Origin: Lingula anatina
Lineage: Eukaryota; Animalia; Brachiopoda
NCBI GenBank assembly: GCA_051362555.1
Contig: CM120644.1
Coordinates: 16,142,534 to 16,206,533 of the forward strand
Reading direction: 5' to 3'
DNA length: 64,000 nucleotides
This document shows positions 29,101 to 41,100 of the stretch, piece after piece; position 1 is the stretch's first letter; the number at the start of each line of letters is the position of its first letter. Below the pieces are notes generated by a model. It was not told the origin of the DNA, did no database searches, and was given only the letters and a program-made list of their open reading frames with translations. The position numbers were made by a program, and so were the translations under genes.

Positions 29101-32100
29101 TGTCACAAGAGACATCATTCTGTCCAGCAGCACTTACAGGTGTATTGCTATTAGCAATTCTGCATTCAATATTCTTGATATTCTTGCAGAGTCCGTAAGT
29201 CTTCTTCAAGGTCTCGATGGTTTCCATGTCACCAATACTGCCTGGAGTCTGTGGGTTAGCTGCGTTCAGCCATGTTGACCACTGGCAGTATGGGAAGGTT
29301 TTGGCAGGTGGGCTTGGCGTGGGTTCCTTAGTTGGTCCTACTGGTGGTTTTACAGTTGGTTTTTCACTTGGTTCCGGAGATGGAGATGGCGTGGGTTCCT
29401 TAGTTGTTCCTGCTGGTGGTTTTTCAGTTGACCCCACAGATGGTGATGGCGTGGGTTCCTTAGTTGGTCCTACTGATGGTTTTACGGTTGGTTTCTCAGT
29501 TGGTTCTGCAGATGGCGATGGTGTTGGTGTGCCTGTCTTTACAGGTGGGGAGACAGTCTCAAGAACGGATGGGGATGGGGAAGGTGTGGGCTGCCCTGGT
29601 ACACCTGGTGTTGGTGTTGCTGTTCCTGGGGTAGGAGTGCCCTCTGGTTTAACTGATGTTGGCTGAGGTTTCTTGCCCTTGGTAGTTTTTGGTTCGGCAC
29701 CAAAAGGAGTTGGTGTTGGTTTTGGTGTTGGTGTTTCTTCTGATCCCTTTGTTGGTGTCTCACTATCAGCAGATGGAGATGGAGTTGGTGGTTGATTAAC
29801 TCCCTTTGTTGGTGTCTCACTACCAGCAGATGGAGATGGAGTTGGCGTTTCTGTTGTTTCTTTTGGTGGAACTTTGGATGACACAGATGGAGATGGAGTT
29901 GGCATTTCTGTTGTGCCCTTTGGTGGAACCTTGGATGACACAGATGGAGATGGAGTTGGTGGTTCTTCTGTTTCCACTGTTGGAACCTTGGTTGAGGCAG
30001 ATGGAGATGGAGTTGGCTTGAGAGTGGTAACTGGGCCTGGTTTTTGTGTTGTCTCAGTTGGAGCAGCAGTTGGTGTTTCTGTGGTTAGAAACATGAGCAT
30101 TTGGTCAATTTCATAGAAAAAGAAAGTTATTAGCAGCATTTTCATTACAAGGTTTTTCATCCTTATAATCTATATAACATTCTAAAATATTTTTTTTATA
30201 ATCCTACCGTAAAAATTACATCTATGTAATATACTCCGATTTTAAAGGATTGAGTTAACAAAATTAAGTATTGAGCTCAGGAATACAGAATTTTAAAACA
30301 CTCATGTAAAGTAGACAGTATGAGCTTCAAAGTTTAAACAGAAAACTGAACAAAATTCCTGATGTATGAGTGTTGAGGAAGAGATGAAATTTCTGTTCTT
30401 ACTTGAACAAAACAAATGGATATTTAAAATCCAAATATCCACTTTAAACACATCTTACCTTCACACTGACAGTAGTAACGGATCTTGTAATCCTCACATT
30501 CCATCACTGTACCATCAAACAAACGGTCAGCAGTACAAGTCAAACCATTGGTCACATCACACTGGACATTCTGTCCAGAGGAGTAGTATACTGTCCCATA
30601 GATGGTGCGACATTCAATCTTGCTCACACGTCCTCCAACACAGAACCTGGCCAACTGTTCCGGAGACAGCTTCTCATGGTCGTCTCCAGTGGTGAATGGC
30701 TCGTGGTCATTAATCCATGGTCCCCAGCGGCTTGTCTTGCAGGTGGGTGTTGGTGCCTTTGTGGTCTCTGGCTTAGGAGATGGTGTTGGTGTCTCACCAC
30801 CCTCTGGTGTTGGTGTCTTAACACCTGATGTTGGAGATGGGGTTGGTGTCTCACCACCCTCTGGTGTTGGTGTCTTAACGCCTGATGTTGGAGATGGGGT
30901 TGGTGTCTCCTGTCCACCAATGGATGGAGTCTTTCCTGTTGCAGTTGGAGTTGGAGATGGAGACGGAGATGGGGTCTTCACTCCAGAAATGGATGGTGTC
31001 TTGCCAGGTGTTGGTGAGGGTGTTGGCTCACCAGGTACAGGTGGCTTCACAGTTGGCACCTTGTCTGGCTTCACAGATGGTGAAGGAGATGGAGTTGGTA
31101 CCTCTCCACCAGTTGGTGATGGTGTCTTCTGGACAGCTGTTGGGGATGGGGTTGGTGTCTCTTCTCCAATAGATGGAGTCTTTCTGCCAGGAGTTGGGGT
31201 GGGTGTATTCACATCACCAGGGCTTGGAGATGGAGTAGGGGATGGTGGAGTGGGTGTGTCTTCTCCCTGAACAGGTGGAGTTTGACCAGGTGTTGGACTT
31301 GGAGTTGGGGATGGTCCGGATGACACTGGTGGCTTCACAGTTGAAACTTTGGGAGAAGGTGTAGGTGATGGAGTCTCGCAATTCTCATCAGGCTTGCAAG
31401 CTACTCTGATCTCGTAGTCGTGACATTCGGTGCCCATAACCTGGCGCTCGTTGTCGCAGAGCAGACCCTTGAGGCGACCATCAAGTGTGCAGGACACAGC
31501 CTGGCCAGTTTGGTCAAACATGGTCTTAGTCACAGCATCACGGCACTGAATGTCCATCAGCTCTGACATTGCACATGGCAGGAGGCCATCATCAATCATG
31601 TCACCAACCAACTCAAGATCACCACGTGGGAAGGTGCCAGGATTATTCTTGCTTGTCCACGGGCTCCATTTAGGCTCACATCCCTTCGATGGAGTTGGAG
31701 TTGGGGTGCCTTCAACTGGTGGACTTGGTGTTGGGGTGCCTTCAACTGGTGGACTTGGTGTTGGTTTTTCAGTTGGTTTAGGAGATGGAGTTTCCTCCTT
31801 AGTTGGCTTAGGTGTGGGTGTCTTGGTGGTACCCTCTGGTTTCTTAGTTGGGAAGGAGGGTCCTGGAGTTGGCTCTTTAGATGGTTCAACTGAGGGTCCA
31901 ACTGTGGGCAGAGAAGGCTTGGGTGTTGGCTCCTTGGATGGGGCCACAGAAGGCTCCACTGTTGCCACAGATGGGGATGGTGTTGGAATCAGAGTTGACA
32001 AAGATGGCTGCTTCACGTTGCATCCCAGTACTTCAAACCTCAAGGCAGGGAAGTCGTGCCATGCAAGTGGCTCAATACGAATGTACTGTGCCATTATCTC

Positions 32101-35100
32101 TCTGTTAAAGAGATTCTGCATTGGTGTGTCCTGATCACTGTTGCCTTCAAACACGGTTGGTTTCTCACCAATGACGTCTGTGTAGGGGACAAAGGTGACA
32201 CCATCCACGCTAGTTGAGACAGTAAATCTTGTTACCCAGTGTGGGTAATCCTGACGACCCTGTGTCAGGACTCCAGTGATCTTCTCTGGTTGCTTCAGAT
32301 CAACCTGGATCCATTCACCAACCTTTGCAAATCTGGAAAAACAGGTATGAAAAAATACTTACTATCGAATCAAAATTAACAATTTTTTTCAAACATGGGA
32401 TCATTCCCTTACTATTAAGTGATTTCTTATAGGACAATTGCATTCGAGGAAATGAGTATGGCTTGAACTTCAAAATACAGCTTAAAGACAGCAAAAACAT
32501 CACTGATTCAAGGTGACAAAAATGTGAACTTTATATTGTATTCTTTTTGTTATATTCTTAAACAGCCCAACTGACAACATTTTTAAAAAGTGTAAGCAAT
32601 ATAATTATGTTTTTTATATATGTACGTTTGTTTTTTTTTACCTTGGTGACCATCCTCCAGCCAGTGCGCCATCTACCTTTGAGTTCAGTCTAGCACGTTC
32701 TGGGCCAGTAGTGAAGTCGTAGGATGTAGAAGCAGAAAACTGATCCACAGACACAACCTTCTGGTTGGCCACACCCATGGGTTCCTTACACAGCGTAGTT
32801 GGTCCTGGAGTTGGAGTTGCCGTTGGTGCTGGGGTTGGAGTTGGTGGCCGAGTTGGCTTCGTTCTCGTTGTCTTTGGAGCTATATCCAACCTCTTGGTTG
32901 TCTTCACAGTTGAGGCAGTTGGACTGACAGTAACCTCAGTTGTTGGTGTAGGTGCACCCTCACTTGAGGTTGGTGTCTTGGTATCAAACTTGCCTGGTGT
33001 TGGGGTGGCTCCTGTGACAGGCTTGCCTGGTGTTGGAGTTGGCTCACCAGGAACTGGGGTTGCACCTGTTGGGGTTGGTCCTCCAGAGACGGTTTTGCCT
33101 GGTGTTGGAGTTGGCTCACCACCGGGGACTGGGGTCTTGCCTGTTGGAACTGGTGTTTCTCCCTTGAATGGTGTTGGGGAAGCAGTGGGGGAGCCAGGGG
33201 TGGATGGTTCAGGTACCTCGGTCTTTGGACTTGGTGAAGCTGTTGGAACACCTACAAACAATAATGCGGCAGTGTTTCATATAAACAATGACCATTTCGT
33301 ATGATAAACAACTTTACCCCCAACACATAGCCATATGTAAATAATTGTGCAACCAAGACTTTAACATTTACTTCTCTTTCAGTTTTGACTAACGATATAT
33401 GAATAAACAATACTCATCATTTATCCTTTAAGTCAACAATTTGATTTTCCACTTTCTAAGATGCACTAAATTAGAGGATAAGGAAGCATTTATTACTTTT
33501 ACTACATTGAATAGTCTTAGATCAAACCAGATTAAAATTTTTTGATAATTTTTTCGTTTACTTTAAACTTTTGTAACAGGGCCCAGGCCTGCACTTGATG
33601 ACAGTGACAATTTTCACAGATGTGAACCTACCTGGAGTTTTTCCAATTGGTATGGATGTCTTAGCTGTAGGGGATGGTGTTGGTTTGCCCTCTGTGCCTG
33701 CTGTTGGTGTGCCTGTCTCAGATGGTGGAGATGGTGTAGGCTCGCTAACCCCTCCCTTTGTGGGTGTTTCCTTCTCAGGTGTAGGAGATGGTGTTGGTGT
33801 ACCCTCTATGCCAGGGGTGGGTGTGCCAGTCTCAGACGGTGGAGATGGTGTAGGCTCACTGACTCCACCCTTGGTTGGTGTTTCCTTCTCAGGTGTTGGA
33901 GAGGGTGTTGGCTGGCTTCTTGATGGTTCAGGAGTTGGCATCTTGCTTGGTACTGCTGTTGGAATAGATGGCTTCAAGCTAGATGGCATAGGAGTTGGCG
34001 TGAAAGTCTTTCCAACAATTGGGGTCTTGCTTTCTGTGGTTGGCTCCTTTGTTCCTGGGGTCCTTTCTGTCCCTGGGGTTCTCACAGGGGAGGTAGGTGT
34101 TGGGGCAAGGGTCTCCTTGGTGAAGGCCGTGGCTGGGGTCTTCTTGGCAGGGGCCGTGGGAGTTGGCTTCTTGGGGGTTCCCGCAGATGTCTTGGTAGGT
34201 GTCTTGTCTTCACCAGTTGGAGTGGGTTTCGCTGTGGGTTCTGGTGTGGGTTTCAGTGAGGGTTGCGGTGTGGGTTCCCCTGCAGATATAGAAATTCAAT
34301 TTCTAAATTTCATTTTACCTAAGTTTTACATGTTGCCTAGATTTTGAAAGTATACATATGACACAATACATTAATGCTGTTACTTCCTGCATATGTGTTA
34401 CTTTTAAGATTTCATTTTACTACACTTAAAAATATGACTCCAATACTATTAAAAATGAATAAAGGCATTCATATTAAGTTGGCTTATGATAAAGATTTTC
34501 AAATTCAATTACACTTATGCATAATGTGTCTAGAGTACTGCATTTTATGGTAAAAATAGTAAATCACTTCTAAAGAAGACAAATTTTGTGTTGTGTACCT
34601 TTAAGACATGACAGTTTGATCCTTCATAAAAGAACCTTGATCATGAGTAATTTGTCAATTCACTTCTTAAACCATTTCACAGAAATATTGACAAACCTAC
34701 TCAACCAATTGCAACCAAGTTAATAAAATTAACCACACAACCCACTTACCACAGAGACAGTAGAAGCTGACTTGATAGTCGCGGCACTCCTGCATCTGGG
34801 TTGACCTACATTCCAGTCCATTAAGGTCACAGGTCACGTCCTGACCAATCTCTTTGAAATCCTTTCCAGTCATCACATCGGTACACCTCACATCCATCAC
34901 TTTCATGCAGGTATAGGGGTATCCAGGCAGGGAGGCAACAGTTTCGCGGTCAATACCATCTGCCTTGGGGCTGTGCTTGTTGACAAATGGAGTCCATCCT
35001 GGTACACAGATTGGTCCTGCACTTGGAGATGGTGTAGGTGTTTCATTAATGATGATAGATGGCGTTCCTGTCACTGGTGATGGTGATGGAGTTGGGACCT

Positions 35101-38100
35101 CAGTTGAGCCATGTAAACCAGGGGTTGGTGTTGGTGTGACGCCCTCTGGAGGTGTTGGTTGCCCTCCTGGTTTTCCTGGGGTTGGCGTTTTCTCAAATGG
35201 GCTAGGAGAAGGTGTTGGCTTTCCAGTCTTGGATGTAGGTGTTGATTGACCTGCTGTTGGGGATGGTGTTGGCTCTCCAATCTTTGATGTAGGCGTTGAC
35301 TGACCTGCTGTTGGGGAAGGTGTTGGTTCTCCAATCTTTGATGTAGGCGTTGACTGACCTGCTGTTGGGGAAGGTGTTGGTTCTCCTAGTTTTCCTGGTG
35401 TTGGTGTTTCCTTACCTGGGGTTGGAGATGGTGTTGGCTTTTCAGTCTTAGATGTTGGTGTTGACTGACCTGGAACTGGAGATGGTGTTGGTTTTCCTCC
35501 AGTGGTCACAGTGGGTGTTCCCTGGCTTGCAGATGGAGATGGTGTTGGCTCTGGTGTCTGCACACCACCCTTTGGTGGAGTTGGTGTTGGTTGACCTTCC
35601 TTGCCTGGTGTTGGAGATGGTGTTGGCACAGGTGTCTGCACACCACCCTTAGGTGGAGTTGGTGTTGGTTGGCCTTCCCTGCCTGGTGTTGGAGATGGTG
35701 TTGGCACTGGTGTCTTCACACCACCCTTAGGTGGAGTAGGTGTTGGTGTTCCCTCTGGGCCTGGTGTTGGTGTTCCCTCTGGGCCTGGTGTTGGTGATGG
35801 TCCCATGCTTACAGATGGTGTCTGCTCCCCTGGAGTTGGTGAAGGTGTAGGCTCACAGATACAGAACATGCGGACTTCATAGTCAAAGCAAAGGCCATCG
35901 TCCTGCAGGGCACCCTCGCAAATCACACCATGGTTAGGGTCACAAATGACACCCCTTTGACCAGCTTGTTCCATTGGGATGCCCAGTGGGTTCTGGGAAT
36001 CTGGCTTGACGCGACATTCAGCCTGAACCGGATTGCTGCAGAACTTGTACTGTTTGCGCAGGGCATGGATTGTGTCAGAGTCGTCACCCTCATTCTCTGC
36101 GGGGTTGGTGACACTCATGTAGTCAGTCCAGCCAGTCTTCAAGCAAGTTGTGGACACTAAAATTAGTGAAAAAAGAAAATTGCAAATTCTGTACACATAT
36201 TTAATCAATCATTTATCACTCAGGGACCACACTTAGTTAACTCATCTACAAAACAAATCTACAAATCTGTTACAATCTATCTCAATTTAAGGTTCTGATG
36301 GTTCAATCATTTGACTTGAGTCACGTTTTTCATATCGAGGACTTGCTAGTGAATTCTGTTAACTTTCTGCAATTACCTGGTGCTACAGTAGATGGAGTTG
36401 GCTCTGGTGTGGGCTTTGAAGTGGGCTCTGGAGATGGAGTCACACCTGGTGTTGGTGCCACAGTTGCTGAAGAAATTAATCAAAGTACAAATTATCATGT
36501 TTGTAGGGCTCTATGTTAAGATAGGCTCAACCTTTTTTAACCTTAACCTTTTTTTACAGGATTGCAATTTCCAGCAGACATATGTATTTCATTAAATTTA
36601 TTTTCTAATAATATAACAGCACAAAGGATGCTTGAAGATCAACAGACAGGAAAAAGTTTTCATAATCCTCATTTTCCCATGCTATTTTTAATAATTTTTA
36701 CAAACTAATCAAATACAAAAATATCTCCAATTAATGAACAAAGACTTAAACTGTACTTACGTTCACAATCACAGAAGAAGCGGACCTCGTAGTCACGGCA
36801 ACCATCAGAGTAGTCATCATTATTACAAACAAGACCCTCTGCGACATCACAAGTGACACTGTCCTGGCCTCCCAGGTGGTACATAATCTTTGTTCCAGCA
36901 AGACGACATTCGATGCTGCTTGGTCTGGCACAGAAACTGTAGTACTTCCTGAGTTCTGTCACCAATTCCTTGTCACCGGGTCTTGGTGAGGAGTCATCCT
37001 CGCCTCCCTTTGGTGAGTCAATGTTCATCCAGCGAGTCCAGCCATGATGGGTGCACTGTATTGGTGGGTAGGTCACAGATGGTGTTGGTACAATGGTGGT
37101 GACACCTGGAGATGGCGTTGGAGTTCCCTCTTGGCCTGGAGTTGGTGTTGGTGGCTTGACAGGCTTCAGAAGGTCTGGCTTTGGTGATGGTGTTGGCTCC
37201 ACGCTTGGACCAACAGTTGGGGTCTTCTTGCCTGGTGTTGGTGATGGTGTGCCAACCTTGGGGGAAGGAGATGGGGTTGGTTTGCCTTCTGGTCCAAAAG
37301 TTGGAGTCTGCCTGCCAAATGTTGGTCTTGGAGTTGGTGTCTCCCCAGTGACTGGCTTGGGGGTCTTCGTGCCTGGTGTTGGAGATGGTGTTGGCTCACC
37401 GCTGGTGCTAACAACTGGTGTCTTTGTTCCTGGTGTTGGAGACGGTGTTGGTTGACCATTGGGGCCAACAACTGGTGTCTTTGTGCCTGCAGTTGGAGCT
37501 GGTGTTGGCTTACCACTGGTGCCTGGTGTTGGAGTCTCGGTAACAACAGAGGGCTCTGGTGTTGGTGTTCCCTCAATAGATGGTGTTGGTGTTTCCTTGC
37601 TGACAGGTGGAGCCACGGTGGTTGTTCTGCGACCAGGTGGAGGGATGGTGACTGTTGGTGGTGGTGTCATCACTAATCAAATCAAACAAAAGAAAAGGTT
37701 AATTACGATAAAGGCAACCAATATGCAAACTACGCTTAAGATTTAAAACTTTTTGACAGCTAGTATCATGGAAATTCTTGAAATCTGTATAGAAACATAA
37801 AAGTCAGGAACTAGTAAATATGATAATGTACCAATGAAAGCTCTAACAAAGAAAGCTCCATCATCTTTCACCATTATTATTATTATTATTATTATTATCA
37901 TTATTGTCATCATCATCAAATCAGCTTTTACCTTCAGTTCTGCATCCAATGACATCCAGCCTCATGCTGACTGCTCCGTGGTAAGACACGGGGTTGATGC
38001 GCAGGCAGCGAGCCAGCAGCTTCTTGTTGAATGTGTTCTCAACTGGTGTGCTCTGGTCATTGTTAGCCTCAAATACCTGGTAAAACACAAGCAATGTTAC

Positions 38101-41100
38101 CTTATCTTTGTTAACTGATTAGGAATCTTAATTTACTTCACACAGTTGAAACAAAGAGAGGACAAATGATTTTTTCTGATGTTACCAAGGTGTGTAAATT
38201 TGGATTTAATTGTTACAAAAAAATAATGGTAGCTGGTGCCATTTGAAGGTCATCTTGAGGTGTGCATTCAAAAAAGAAGACTACAGATTTTGAGGAGAAA
38301 AAATATATACATAGAGTTAAGATATAGATTAGAAACAAATCATCATTACAAAAAAGTACCACAAACAAAACAAATTCTTAAATAAAAAAAAAAAAACAAA
38401 TAGTAACTGTAACCAAACAATATGGGATTCATATTATTTAGATAATGCCGAATTCAACTCACAATTGGCTTGCCATCTGGTCCCTTCATGAACTCAAAGT
38501 TCTGGCACTGCTGGTCACTGACCATCACTCTGTACTCTGTCACCCACTGCTTCATGTCAGAGCGACCCTGGGTCACAATACTGGACACCTGGATAGGGGT
38601 CTCAAAGTCCACCTAACAAAAGAAAGTGAATCAAATAAACTACCTTACCCATCAATTTTTGATTTTAAATGTTGGTCCTTTCATAAAGTTTTGCTTGCTT
38701 GGATTATTTAATGTAAAATGTTTGTTAAACATTATAATTAATTTTTATTAAAAATAATTGCATCCTTGGAATATCAGTTGTCACAAGCGATGCTTAAAAA
38801 TGCTTATCACAAAAAAATAATAACTTTTCTGGGATAGATCATATAAAATCTTTCTTCATATGTTTCAAAATGAGAAGTTAATTTGGATTTTTTTTTAAAC
38901 CTGAACCTAGTGCTTTATTTTAAATACTTCTTCAGGCTTCCAAAAGCAATTTCCCAAAGTGACATTTATTAAGATTCTATATCTCTGACCTGGATCCACT
39001 GCTTGTCATCATTCACTGCGGCAGTCCATCCACCAAATCCCATGAGCCCAGCCTTGGTGTCAAGACGAGCGCGCTGTGGGCCGTGGCGAGGATTGTTGGC
39101 GTAAATGCTGGAGGCACTGATCTGGCGATCTTCAACCTTGCCAATTTCCTTAGTAAGAGTCTTCTCACAGACTACAAAGATGAATTGCTTATTTATAATA
39201 AGAGTATTGAGTAAGATAAGTGATACTCTTATATGAGATACTTTTGTAAATATATCTCATTCTAAAATCTCCAAATCCTTATTTCAGTTAATCTCATTTG
39301 CCATTTCTTATTCAAAAAGTGCAGACATACAGCTTTTTTCAGACATATCAACATATGCAACATATCTTTAAAAAAACTTTATCCAGTAATTATTCAGAAT
39401 TATATTTACTATTATAAATATGAATACAGTCATTATTGCCATACTTGTTGTATTACCATAATAATGGCAAAAATGAAATGATAATAATAAATTTTGCCAT
39501 TATTATCATTGTTGTTATTATTACTAACAACAAGCTAGTTTAAAGAGTAGAAATTCACTTACTGTACTGTTCACACTCGCAGTAGACTCTCACTTCATAG
39601 TCCTTGCAGAGACTGCCAACAGGTTGGTCCTTGTTTAGGCAAGACAAGCCCAACTTGGTATCACAATTCACATTCATATCGCCACTGTTTTCATAGCTGA
39701 CTCCAGTTCCCTTCACGCGACACTGAATAGCCTTCAACATCTCGGGGCCACAGAAGACATACTTCTTGTGAAGAGCAGGCATGGCTTCCACGTCGCCATC
39801 TTCATCATCCTGTGGGTTGGAGACACTCATCCAGTTGGTCCAGCCTGTCTTGGCACAGTCCTGGCGAAGCAATTGGGGTGGTGGACTTGGGCTTCCCTTG
39901 GTGGGGGTCTCAACTGTGGTGGGTACACCCTTGGTGGGTATGCGGCCAGACACTGGGGTTGGGGAGCCTTCCCCTGGGGTTGGTTTTGCCGTTGGTGTTC
40001 CACCAATTCCTGGGGTTGGCTTCACAGTCGTGAATGATGGGGAAGGAGTTGGTTCACCTTCTGGTTTCACTGTTGGCACACTCTGACCTGCTGTTGGGGA
40101 TGGTGTTGGTTTGCCAGAGGTGGCGGTTGGGGTCTCCTTTCCAACTGGTGGTTTTGGAGTTGGTGTACCTTTGGCGACTGTTGGTGTTTCTTTCTCGACT
40201 GTTGGTGAGGGAGTTGGCACACCAGTGGTGCCACTAACTGGTGTCTTTGTGCCTGGTGTTGGAGATGGTGTTGGCTCACCACCGATGCTTGGTGTTGGAG
40301 TCTCCTTACCTACAGTTGGTTCTGGGGTTGGTGTTTCTCCAATGCCTGGTGTTGGTGTTACAGTCTTGAAGCTTGGTTCTGGAGTTGGCGTGGCAACAAT
40401 GACAGTTGGGGTAACTGGTGGAAGCTGATTCTTGTCGCAACCACAGAAAACACGCACTTCATAATCTGCACACTCCTCACCGTTAGCCTGCATCTCGCTG
40501 TTACAGAGCAGACCAACGTTGACATCACACCTTATGTCTTGCCCGGTGAAGGGGTACTTCTTCATGGTGGCTGCGTCACGGCACTCAATGGCAGTGACAT
40601 ACATTGCCTTGCCACAGAGAGCTGGCATGTCCTCCTTGAGCTCGCTGAGGAGTTCCATCTCTCTTCCCTTCCAGTCTGGACCCTCATAGTTGTTCTGCCA
40701 GGCAGACCAGTGGTTGACACAGTCTGAAAATTGCACGAGACATTCAGTGCATGACTAAAACATTGCTGTCAAGGGTACAGTTTCAAAAAGGATCTTGAGC
40801 CCCAATATTGGTCTTATATTTAAGGCCAAACATTTAGACTCCACTCTATAGTAACCATCTACAGTCTACATGAATTGACTCAACTCCACAGGGTCTCTTG
40901 CTGAATACAGTCAGTTTAACAGATAACAAGCCACCTCCTGGCATTAAGTAGGATCCAGAAAAGCTGGTGATTATATGAGTAGATAAGAAACAAGAGGAGG
41001 GGTGTTATAAGCTGCTTGCACTCAGTGAGAATCCCTGCAGAGTTGGGTCGATCCAAGTAGACCAATGGTGTCTATCTGAGTGATGTCTTAGTCTACTTCA

